A DNA stretch of 64,000 nt from Verrucomicrobiota bacterium (GTDB lineage Bacteria; Verrucomicrobiota; Verrucomicrobiia; Limisphaerales; UBA11358): contig JBEKXN010000002.1 of assembly GCA_049511835.1 (NCBI GenBank), positions 11,219 through 75,218 on the forward strand. Direction: 5' to 3'. Made by a program: the position numbers and the translations under genes. Of this stretch, positions 18,024 to 26,002 are shown one piece after another. Below the pieces are notes generated by a model, which was given only the letters and a program-made list of their open reading frames with translations, did not search any database and was not told the origin of the DNA. How positions within the stretch are numbered: the stretch's first letter is position 1; the number at the start of each line of letters is the position of its first letter.

Positions 18024-20846
18024 ATGGCCGACCGTTTGCCCATTTACGAAATCGAGCGCGACATTATCGCCCGGCTGAAAACCGACCGGCGGCTGATTTT
18101 GTCCGCGCCGACCGGCTCCGGCAAATCCACCCAGGTTCCGCAGATGCTGCTCCAGCACGGATTGCTGGGCGACGGGCAGGTTGTGATTCTCCAGCCGCGC
18201 CGGCTGGCCACGCGGTTGCTCGCATCGCGCGTGGCGCAGGAACTCGGCGTCCAGCTCGGCAACGAGGTTGGCTACCAAATCCGCTTCGAAAATGTCACAT
18301 CACAGCAGACGAAAATCCGTTTTGAGACCGAAGGCATCTTGTTGCGGCAGATGATTGACGACCCGAATTTGCGCGGGATTTCCGTTCTGATCTTCGACGA
18401 GTTTCACGAACGCCATCTTTACGGCGACATCACGCTGGCGCGCGCGCTCGATTTACAGGAGCAGCACCGACCTGACCTGAATCTCATCGTCATGTCTGCG
18501 ACGCTGGATGTGGAGTTGCTGGGGGATTATTTATCGGAGCGCCGAACTCCGATTCGGCGTGATGAAGTTGGAGTTCAAGCTTCAGCTTGTTCGGGCGGCA
18601 GGCTGAAGCCTGAACTCCAACACGCCGTGCCGGAGGCCGGCGCTCCAAAGTGTTCCATCTTGTCTGCTGAGGGCCGGGTATTTCCGGTTGATGTCAAATA
18701 CGCCGCGCAGCCAAGTTACACGGACAAACGGCCGGTTTGGGAGCAGGCGGCCGAGGCTTTCAGTCAGTACGTTGGCTCCGGTGGGGAAGGCGACGTGCTG
18801 GTGTTCATGCCGGGCGGCTATGAAATATCGCAGACTATTGAGGCCATCCGTCACACTTCGGAGTCGGAAGGTTTTATTTTGCTTCCGCTGCACGGCGAAC
18901 TTTCCCCCAAAGATCAGGACGCCGCGGTGGCGCGTTACGGCCAGCGCAAAGTGGTCGTTTCCACCAATGTCGCCGAGACCTCGCTGACCATTGACGGCAT
19001 CCGGCTGGTGATTGACAGCGGCCTGGCGCGCATTCCGCGTTACGATCCGTATCGCGGCATCAACACGCTGCTCATCGAGAAGATCAGCCAATCGTCAGCG
19101 GACCAAAGGACGGGTCGGGCGGGCCGCACCGCGCCGGGTGTTTGCATGCGGCTTTGGTCACGGGAGGAACATGGACATCGTGCGGTGCAGGAACTGCCGG
19201 AAATCAAGCGGCTTGACCTGGCCGAAGTGGTGCTCACGCTCAAAGCTGCCGAGGTCGAAGATTTGCGGAAATTCCGCTGGCTCGAACCACCCGATGAACA
19301 AAGCCTGGTCCACGCAGAGGAATTGTTGGTGGATTTGGGGGCGCTTTACAATGTGGCACAGGTGTCCTCACCTGTGAACGAAAACCAGATTGGCAGAATT
19401 TCAGAACACAGGCCGGAGGCCTGTGCCACACAAATCACGCCCATCAGCCCCAAGATCAGCGTGGCACAGGCGTCTCCGCCTGTGAACGAAAACCAGATTG
19501 GCAGAATTTCAGAACACAGGCCGGAGGCCTGTGCCACACAAATCACCCCCATCGGCCGCAAGATGCTCGCGTTTCCGCTGCATCCGCGTTATTCGCGCAT
19601 GTTGCTTGCCGCCCACGAGTATGGTTGCGTTCATCAAGCCTGCCTCGTTGCCGCGCTCACGCAGGGGCGCGACTTGCTGCTCCGTAATGTTGACCGCGAC
19701 ACGAACTCGTTCCGCGAGGATTTGCTCGGCGAGAAGGCGTCATCGGATTTCTGGATTCTCATGCGCGCGTGGGCTTATGCGGCGAAGAACCAGTTTCGTC
19801 TCGACGCCTGCCGCCGGCTTGGCATTCACGCCGTTACCGCGCGGCAGGTTGGGCCGCTGTTCGAACAGTTCCTTCGCATCGCCAAAGACGAAGGTCTTGA
19901 TGTCAAACCGCGCGAAGTGAAGGACGAGGCGTTGCAAAAGTGCATTCTCATCGGGTTCAGCGACCGGGTGGCGCGGCGGCTGGATCAAGGCACGCTGCGG
20001 TGTGAATTGGTCCACAATCGTCGCGGTGTGCTGGCGCGTGAAAGTGCAGTGCAACACAGCCCCTTGTTCGTTGCCGCCGAAGTCCGCGAAGTCGAGGGCC
20101 GGGAAGTGAACACCATTCTTTCCCTCGCCACCGCCATTGAGGTGGACTGGTTGCGCGAACTTTACCCCGAAGACATGGAATCCGACCTGCATGTCCAATT
20201 CGATTCAACGGCCAAGCGGGTGCAAGCTGCGGAGCTGGTGAAATTTCGCGGCCTGGCGCTGTCGGCCAAGCGCGTTGAACCGCCGCCGGCCGACAGGGCG
20301 GCACGATTGCTGGCCGATGAGATCATTGCCGGACGATTGCCGTTGCCGAATTGGGACCACAGCGTCGAGCAATGGCTGTTGCGGCTGCGCCTGCTTTGCC
20401 AGCATTGTCCCGAACTCCAGCTTCCACCCATCACCGAAGACGACCGCAGGCACATCATCGGACAGCTTTGCCACGGCGCGGTGAGTTACAAGGACATCAA
20501 GGAACGCGAAGTGAAACCGGTCGTGATGTCGTGGCTGTCCGCGGCGCAACGCGAATTGATGGACAAGCACGCGCCGGAGCGGTTGACGCTGCCGAACGGC
20601 CGGACGCCGAAGGTGGCTTACGAGACAGCTGGCCCGCCGCATATTTCGTTGCGCATCCAGGAGCTTTACGACGTGACCCAGACGCCGAAGATTGCGCTGG
20701 GCCGCGTACCGGTGCTGGTTCACATTTTGACCCCGGGCATGAAGCCGATACAAATTACACAGGACCTGGCCAGTTTCTGGCGCGAGCACTATCCGCGCAT
20801 CAAATCCGAGCTGCAGCGGAAATATCCGAAACATCTGTGGCGATGA
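18024..20846 (+). CDS. hrpB: ATP-dependent RNA helicase HrpB (DEAH-box family)
   Basis: Start moved to ATG 18024. Helicase motifs APTGSGKST, IFDEFHERH, MSATLD, TNVAETSLTI and QRTGRAGR, plus an HrpB-type C-terminal domain. Confidence 0.92.
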   Translation: MADRLPIYEIERDIIARLKTDRRLILSAPTGSGKSTQVPQMLLQHGLLGDGQVVILQPRRLATRLLASRVAQELGVQLGNEVGYQIRFENVTSQQTKIRFETEGILLRQMIDDPNLRGISVLIFDEFHERHLYGDITLARALDLQEQHRPDLNLIVMSATLDVELLGDYLSERRTPIRRDEVGVQASACSGGRLKPELQHAVPEAGAPKCSILSAEGRVFPVDVKYAAQPSYTDKRPVWEQAAEAFSQYVGSGGEGDVLVFMPGGYEISQTIEAIRHTSESEGFILLPLHGELSPKDQDAAVARYGQRKVVVSTNVAETSLTIDGIRLVIDSGLARIPRYDPYRGINTLLIEKISQSSADQRTGRAGRTAPGVCMRLWSREEHGHRAVQELPEIKRLDLAEVVLTLKAAEVEDLRKFRWLEPPDEQSLVHAEELLVDLGALYNVAQVSSPVNENQIGRISEHRPEACATQITPISPKISVAQASPPVNENQIGRISEHRPEACATQITPIGRKMLAFPLHPRYSRMLLAAHEYGCVHQACLVAALTQGRDLLLRNVDRDTNSFREDLLGEKASSDFWILMRAWAYAAKNQFRLDACRRLGIHAVTARQVGPLFEQFLRIAKDEGLDVKPREVKDEALQKCILIGFSDRVARRLDQGTLRCELVHNRRGVLARESAVQHSPLFVAAEVREVEGREVNTILSLATAIEVDWLRELYPEDMESDLHVQFDSTAKRVQAAELVKFRGLALSAKRVEPPPADRAARLLADEIIAGRLPLPNWDHSVEQWLLRLRLLCQHCPELQLPPITEDDRRHIIGQLCHGAVSYKDIKEREVKPVVMSWLSAAQRELMDKHAPERLTLPNGRTPKVAYETAGPPHISLRIQELYDVTQTPKIALGRVPVLVHILTPGMKPIQITQDLASFWREHYPRIKSELQRKYPKHLWR
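18541..18621. repeat. Hairpin repeat family F (GCCGAACTCCGATTCGGC plus a long 20-bp-stem hairpin), in frame inside hrpB
   Basis: gccgaactccgattcggc followed by gttggagttcaagcttcagc...ggctgaagcctgaactccaac. The GCCGAACTCCGATTCGGC core recurs at 25731 and 60306. Confidence 0.75.
19353..19568. repeat. REP family C, two tandem 108-bp copies, in frame inside hrpB
   Basis: Each copy reads GTGGCACAGG-hairpin...CACAGGCCGGAGGCCTGTGCCAC. The copies start at 19353 and 19461. They are translated as two 36-aa units VAQ(V/A)[26 protein letters not shown].... Confidence 0.9.
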
Positions 20847-21400
20847 AAAAAGAAATCATTTGTAGCGTCGAGCCTGCGGCTCGAACGAATCGAGGCACAG
20901 CCCCGACGCTACAGCTTTGCCCGAAGTGCGGGCTGTGCTGCAATGGTGTCTTGTTTGCCGATGTGGAATTGCGAAAGGGCGATGACGTCCAACGACTGGC
21001 CGAACTTGGATTGTCGTTGGAGGGAAAAGGCCGCCAACGGGCTTTCGCGCAGCCGTGCGCCTGTTTCAATGGCATGCTTTGCCGGATTTATGCGGAACGT
21101 CCCGCGTATTGCCGGGCGTTTGAATGTGGTTTGTTGAAGCGCGTTCAGGCTGGTGAGCTTGGCGCAGGTGCGGCGTTGGAAACGATTGCCCAAGCCAAAC
21201 GTCAGGTGGAAAAAGTTTGTGAACTTTTGCGCGGCACGGGTTCGGATGACGGGCGACTCGCGTTGAGTCAACGCTACGGGCGGGCCATGAGCGAGCCGGT
21301 TGATTTATCTGGCGGGGAAACGTCAGCCAGATTGCCCGGTAAACTGATGACAATCTATCGCAATTTGATGCAGACGCTCCAGCGGGATTTTTTAGCGTGA
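20843..21400 (+). CDS. YkgJ/UPF0153-like Cys-rich (CxxCxxCC) putative Fe-S/zinc protein
   Basis: Start at ATG 20843 in an ATGA overlap with the hrpB stop. The ORF-track extension back to 20351 lies inside hrpB. Motifs CPKCGLCCNG and CACF..LCRIY..RPAYCRAFEC. Confidence 0.75.
   Translation: MKKEIICSVEPAARTNRGTAPTLQLCPKCGLCCNGVLFADVELRKGDDVQRLAELGLSLEGKGRQRAFAQPCACFNGMLCRIYAERPAYCRAFECGLLKRVQAGELGAGAALETIAQAKRQVEKVCELLRGTGSDDGRLALSQRYGRAMSEPVDLSGGETSARLPGKLMTIYRNLMQTLQRDFLA
20861..20913. repeat. REP family A copy, translated as residues 7-24 of the YkgJ-like protein
   Basis: tgtagcgtcgagcctgcggctcgaacgaatcgaggcacagccccgacgctaca. Confidence 0.8.
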
Positions 21401-21404
21401 GGTT

Positions 21405-21466
21405 TGTAGCGGCGGTCTGTGACCGCCGGAAATTTCAAATGGCGACGGTCGCAGACCGCCGCTACA
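21405..21466. repeat. REP family B copy (TGTAGCGGCGGTCTGTGACCGCC ... GGTCGCAGACCGCCGCTACA)
   Basis: A long imperfect palindrome immediately after the stop of the YkgJ-like gene. Confidence 0.8.
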
Positions 21467-21504
21467 ACTAACTCCAAAACCTGTCGCCCAACCGAGTTTT
21501 TGGC

Positions 21505-21813
21505 CTATGCCGATATCCTGCGGGACATTTTTTTTGTGAGTGTCACCCGCCAGGGCTCGTCATCGGTGTAACTCACCTGGGCAAACCAAATGTAATAAAA
21601 TTCACCATCATCCTCAAACATCCACTGCTGCACCGGGTCCCCGGCTTTCATTCGGAACGTCATGCCGGGCTGGTTGCCCCAATCCGAACCCAAGGGCACT
21701 TCCGAATCCTCCATTTCCACCGGCCCGCCAAGCAGTCCCAGCACCTGGGATGGGCTCCAACCTCCCTTGATTTGGCCAAACTTCTTTTTGAATGACGGTT
21801 TGAACCACAACAT
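21505..21813 (-). CDS. Hypothetical small protein
   Basis: 102-aa ORF with protein-like composition (GDPVQQWMFEDDGEFYYIWFAQVSYTDDEPWRV). No family recognised. Confidence 0.5.
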   Translation of the reverse strand: MLWFKPSFKKKFGQIKGGWSPSQVLGLLGGPVEMEDSEVPLGSDWGNQPGMTFRMKAGDPVQQWMFEDDGEFYYIWFAQVSYTDDEPWRVTLTKKMSRRISA

Positions 21814-21879
21814 ATATTGGACTGTCTGATTAACCCAAGTTGAACTCCGAAGAACTAGCGGCGCAAGCAGAAACTGGCC

Positions 21880-21979
21880 GTAGCGCAGGCTTCCAGCCTG
21901 CGGGTCCGGGTGACTTTCCAGTCACCCGAAACGGAACTGGGAAGTTCCTCAACCAGCAGACAGGAATGTCTGCTCTACA
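21880..21979. repeat. Four-hairpin repeat family E
   Basis: GTAGCGCAGGCTTCCAGCCTGCG, GGTGACTTTCCAGTCACC, GGAACTGGGAAGTTCC and GCAGACAGGAATGTCTGCTCTACA. The reverse-complement copy is at 62281-62382. Confidence 0.85.
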
Positions 21980-21987
21980 ATAAAGAG

Positions 21988-22018
21988 GGCCGCGACGAAT
22001 CGCGGCCTTTGGTTTTTT
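21988..22018. terminator. Intrinsic terminator-like hairpin between aspC and the upstream region
   Basis: ggccgcga-cgaa-tcgcggcc is followed by tttggtttttt on the plus strand and preceded by aataaagag. It may serve the minus-strand aminotransferase as a bidirectional terminator. Confidence 0.5.
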
Positions 22019-22027
22019 GATGGGAAA

Positions 22028-23203
22028 CTACTTCACCAGTGTCCGGCAGAACCGCTCAATTCGTTCCAATCCCTTCTCAAGGTTCGCCATGCTGGTGGCG
22101 TAGCTGATGCGGATGTAATCGTCCGCGCCGAAGGCGATGCCGGGCACGGCGGCGACCTTCTCCGCTTCGAGCAGCTTCGCGCAGAATTCAGTGGACTTGA
22201 GGCCGGTCCTGGAAATGTTCGGGAACAGGTAAAACGCGCCCTTTGGGTTGACGCACGAAATACCCGGAATGCGGTTCAATTTCTGGTGTGCGAAGCGGCG
22301 GCGTTTGTCAAATTCCACTAGCCAGGCCTTCAAATGATCCATTGAACCGGTGATCGCGGCCAGCGCACCCTTCTGCGCGAATGACGTCGGGTTGCTGGTG
22401 CTGTGGCTTTGCACGGCGTCAATTGCTTTCGCAATCGGCTCCGGCGCGGCGAGAAATCCCAAACGCCAGCCGGTCATGCTCCAGGCCTTGGCGAATCCGT
22501 GAACGATGATGGTGTGATCCTGGTGCGCGGGCGAGAAGCTGGCAACGCTCTTGTGCACTGCGCCGTCGTAAAGCAGGTGCTCATAAATTTCATCGCTCAT
22601 GATGAGCACGCCCTTTTCCACGCAAACGTCGCCCAGCGCCCTGGTTTCCTCCGGCGTATAAACGCTGCCCGTCGGATTGCTCGGCGAGTTCAAGATGAAA
22701 AGCCGCGTGTTGGGCGTGATGGCGGCGCGGAGTTGCGCGGGTGTGACCTTGAATTCGGTCTTGTCGGTGGTTGGCAGAATCACCGGTTTCGCGCTCGCGA
22801 GCTTCACCATTTCCGGATAACTCAACCAATACGGCGCGGGAATGAGCACTTCATCGCCCTCCTGGCACGTCGCCAGAATGACGTTGTAACACGAATGTTT
22901 GCCGCCACAACTCACGATGATTTGCGACGGCTTGTAAGTGAGGCCGTTTTCGCGCTTGAACTTGTCGGCGATGGCCTGGCGCAATTCCGGGATGCCGCTG
23001 GACGGCGTGTATTTCGTGAACCCGGCGGCGAGCGCCCTGGCGGCGGCGTCCTTGATGTGTTGCGGCGTGTCGAAGTCCGGCTCGCCGGCGCCGAAGCCGA
23101 CAACGTCCTCGCCCGCGGCCTTCATGGCCTTGGCCTTGGCGTCAATGGCCAGGGTGAGCGACGGCGACAGTGAAGCAGCGCGTTGAGAAATTTTGTAGTT
23201 CAT
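22028..23203 (-). CDS. aspC: Aspartate/aromatic aminotransferase (PLP-dependent, class I)
   Basis: Start moved to ATG 23203 (MNYKISQRAASLSPSLTLAIDAKAKAMKAAGEDVVGFGAGEPDFDTP). Also has the SPSNPTG and FAKAWSMTGWRLG (PLP-Lys) motifs. Confidence 0.9.
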   Translation of the reverse strand: MNYKISQRAASLSPSLTLAIDAKAKAMKAAGEDVVGFGAGEPDFDTPQHIKDAAARALAAGFTKYTPSSGIPELRQAIADKFKRENGLTYKPSQIIVSCGGKHSCYNVILATCQEGDEVLIPAPYWLSYPEMVKLASAKPVILPTTDKTEFKVTPAQLRAAITPNTRLFILNSPSNPTGSVYTPEETRALGDVCVEKGVLIMSDEIYEHLLYDGAVHKSVASFSPAHQDHTIIVHGFAKAWSMTGWRLGFLAAPEPIAKAIDAVQSHSTSNPTSFAQKGALAAITGSMDHLKAWLVEFDKRRRFAHQKLNRIPGISCVNPKGAFYLFPNISRTGLKSTEFCAKLLEAEKVAAVPGIAFGADDYIRISYATSMANLEKGLERIERFCRTLVK

Positions 23204-23314
23204 AATTTTAAAACGCGGAAAGATTACGAGCGATGCGCTGAAATTCAAGAAAGGAAATTGAACGAGAGGTGATGAAGTCGCCAACAGACGGCGCTGGTTT
23301 TGATTTGTTGCTTC

Positions 23315-23385
23315 GGTAGGGCGGGCGCTGCCGCGCCGCTCGTCCATATGCCAAAGACGGCGCGCACGGAGTGACGCGCCCCACC
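23315..23385. repeat. REP family D copy
   Basis: ggtagggcgggcgctgccgcgccgc...gacggcgcgcacggagtgacgcgccccacc, lying between aspC and the phosphorylase gene. Confidence 0.75.
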
Positions 23386-23391
23386 TTTCAT

Positions 23392-25569
23392 TCACTTCGT
23401 CAAATAATACTTCCGGGTGTATTCCTTGACCATGCGGTCGGTGGTGAAATGTGGGACGAGCGTGACCATCGCGCGGCGGATGCGCTTAATCCACTGGCGC
23501 GGAATGCCTTGTTCGTCGCGGTCGAAGAACATCGGAATGACCTGTTCGGTGAGCGTCTGGTAAAGATTGGCGCTGTCCACGCGATCCTGTTCCTCGACGT
23601 TGTCCGGATTGGAATCGCCGCCGATGGCAAAACCATTGGTGCCGTCGTAGCCTTCGCGCCACCAGCCGTCGAGGACGCTGAAATTCAGGCAGCCATTGCA
23701 GCCGGCCTTCATGCCGCTGGTGCCGGAGGCTTCCAGCGGTCGGCGCGGGTTGTTCAGCCAAACGTCGCAGCCGGAAACCATCTGCCGCGCGATGTGAATG
23801 TCGTAGTTTTCGACAAACACCACACTGCCCACCAATTCGCCCTGTTTGCTGAGGTGAATGATTTGCTGGATGAAACGTTTGCCTTCATCGTCGCGCGGAT
23901 GCGCCTTGCCGGCGAAAATAAATTGCACCGGACGCTGTTTGTCGTGCGCGAGCTTCACGATGTTGTCAAATTGCTGGAAAATCAGCGGCGCGCGTTTGTA
24001 GGTGGCAAAACGGCGGGCGAACCCAATGGTCAGCGCGTCAACGTTGAGCAAATGTTCGAAGCGGATGTAATCGCCGGGCGCGATGCGCTGGGTTTGGTGC
24101 AACAGCCGGCGGCGGATGAACTCAATCATCTCGCGCCGCAGTTTGTAGCGCAACGCCCAAAGCTCCTCATCGGAAACGAACGACGCGTCGGCCATTTTTT
24201 CCCAGAATTCATGGTGGTGAATCGCCGCCGCCCAATCGTGTCCATATTTTTCGTCCCACATCTTGACCACGCCTTCCCGCTTGTCCTTCATTTTTTCCCG
24301 CCAGAACTGGCGCACAGAACCCTTCATCCAGCCGAGCAGGTGAATGCCGTTGGTGATGTGGCCGATGGGAACTTTTTCGACGGGCGTGCCGGGGTAAAGG
24401 CATTGCCACATGCGGCGGCTGGTGTTGCCATGCAATTCGCTCACGCCGTTGGCGGCGCGCGACACTTTGAGCGCGAGGACGGTCATGCAAAATGGCTCGC
24501 GCGCGTCTTCGGGACGCACACGGCCCAGCGGCATGATGTCCTGAAACGGCACGGGCAATTGGTGTTGGTAAAGCAGGAACGCGTAGTCCATCAATTCGGG
24601 AGGGAAGCGGTCATGTCCGGCCTCAACCGGCGTATGGGTGGTGAAAATACATTGCGCCCTGGTTGCCGCGCGCGCGTCGGCAAAATTTTGTCCGGCGGCC
24701 ATTTTTTCGCGGATCAATTCCAGCGTCAGAAAGGCCGCGTGACCCTCGTTCATGTGAAAGACCGACGGTTGCACCCCGAGTTTGCGCAGCAGGCGGACCC
24801 CGCCGATGCCGAGCAGGATTTCCTGCATGACGCGCATCGTGTTGTCGCCGCCATAGACGCGCGCCGTCAAATCGCAGAAATGCTGGGCGTTTTCCGGGCG
24901 GTTGGTGTCGAGCAAATACACCGGCACGCGCCCGACGTTCGCGCGCCAGACCTGAAAGAAGACGCGGTTCATGTCAATTTCCACGTCGCACACGACCGGC
25001 TGGCCGTTGGCGTCCAGCACGGGTTCGAGCGGCACGTTTTTCGGGTCCACCAGATTGTAGAATTCGGTCTGCCAGTTGTTCGTGTCAATGGCCTGTTGAA
25101 AGTAGCCTTCGCGGTAAAACAAACCGATGCCGACGAAGCCGAGGCCGAGGTCGCTGGCGGATTTCGCGTGGTCGCCGGCCAGGATGCCGAGTCCGCCCGC
25201 CGAAATCGGCAGCGACTCGTGAAAACCAAATTCGGCGGAAAAATACGCGACGGGATTTTGGAGCAATTGCGGGGCATTTACGTGTCCCCAGGTGGTTTTG
25301 CTCTGGAGATACGACTCGAAATTGAGCAGCACGGCCAGGGCGCGATGCTCAAAGTCGGCGTCCTGCAAACGGACGCGCAGTTCGTATTCCGAGACTTCGC
25401 GCAGAATGGCGGCGGCATTATGATACAGGTTCTGCCAGCTGCGCGGCGAGAGTTCCTGGAATAAATCCTGCGCTTCCTGGTCCCAGCTCCACCACAAGTT
25501 GCGGGACAACTTGTTCAAGCCCGCAACCAGCCCGTTCAGTTCCGCGCCCGCGAGAGGTTTCCTTGTCAT
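23392..25569 (-). CDS. glgP: Alpha-glucan (glycogen/maltodextrin) phosphorylase, GT35 family
   Basis: 725 aa. N-terminal LSRNLWWSWDQEAQDLF block, GGLGILAGDH, and EASGTSGMKAGCNG (PLP-Lys region). Confidence 0.9.
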   Translation of the reverse strand: MTRKPLAGAELNGLVAGLNKLSRNLWWSWDQEAQDLFQELSPRSWQNLYHNAAAILREVSEYELRVRLQDADFEHRALAVLLNFESYLQSKTTWGHVNAPQLLQNPVAYFSAEFGFHESLPISAGGLGILAGDHAKSASDLGLGFVGIGLFYREGYFQQAIDTNNWQTEFYNLVDPKNVPLEPVLDANGQPVVCDVEIDMNRVFFQVWRANVGRVPVYLLDTNRPENAQHFCDLTARVYGGDNTMRVMQEILLGIGGVRLLRKLGVQPSVFHMNEGHAAFLTLELIREKMAAGQNFADARAATRAQCIFTTHTPVEAGHDRFPPELMDYAFLLYQHQLPVPFQDIMPLGRVRPEDAREPFCMTVLALKVSRAANGVSELHGNTSRRMWQCLYPGTPVEKVPIGHITNGIHLLGWMKGSVRQFWREKMKDKREGVVKMWDEKYGHDWAAAIHHHEFWEKMADASFVSDEELWALRYKLRREMIEFIRRRLLHQTQRIAPGDYIRFEHLLNVDALTIGFARRFATYKRAPLIFQQFDNIVKLAHDKQRPVQFIFAGKAHPRDDEGKRFIQQIIHLSKQGELVGSVVFVENYDIHIARQMVSGCDVWLNNPRRPLEASGTSGMKAGCNGCLNFSVLDGWWREGYDGTNGFAIGGDSNPDNVEEQDRVDSANLYQTLTEQVIPMFFDRDEQGIPRQWIKRIRRAMVTLVPHFTTDRMVKEYTRKYYLTK

Positions 25570-26002
25570 ACGTCTTTGGTCCTAAATGTTGCGTTGACTG
25601 GCACAAATGGCCAGTTACCGGCGCTGACACTAATTGCGGGCGCGTTGTTCGGCAATAAAAATTGAATCGCGTTCCAATGCTATCAACCGAACAATCTGAC
25701 TCCGACTTCCATCCAGACTAATCCGAATGGAACTCCGATTCGGCATCACGAGTATTTGGCGTTCCCAAACCAGAATTTTGCCCGGGGGGATGGCATAACT
25801 ATTGCGGCTATCGGAGGCGTGAAAGTGACTTCCCGGAAGATTTGGAAAGAAGGGAAATCCAGTGGGGAAACAAAAATTGGCAGCTCGAAGCTGCCCACGC
25901 TTTGGATCGAATGTCACAATCCGAGACATTCATACGCGAGCGGCTTGAAGGTGCCAGGCAGGATATAAAAGGATTGCGTGGAAGTTTAAAAAATGTAGTC
26001 GC

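Noticed and set aside
19353-19568. Regularly spaced repeats (hrpB 108-bp tandem; REP cluster at 51485-51593) considered as a possible CRISPR array.
   Set aside because: There are only 2-4 units, the repeats are themselves palindromic REPs, and there are no unique spacers of constant length. One set lies inside an intact ORF, and no cas genes are present.
20351-20842. ORF-track extension giving a 349-aa protein that overlaps hrpB.
   Set aside because: The extension is an Arg/Pro/Ala-rich out-of-frame read of hrpB. The recognisable CxxCxxCC protein starts at ATG 20843.
25630-25929. A 99-aa minus-strand ORF in the gap between the phosphorylase and the PAS kinase.
   Set aside because: It has no motifs, contains a family F repeat core, and has composition unlike the neighbouring genes. 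The coding status is unsupported, so it is left unannotated.
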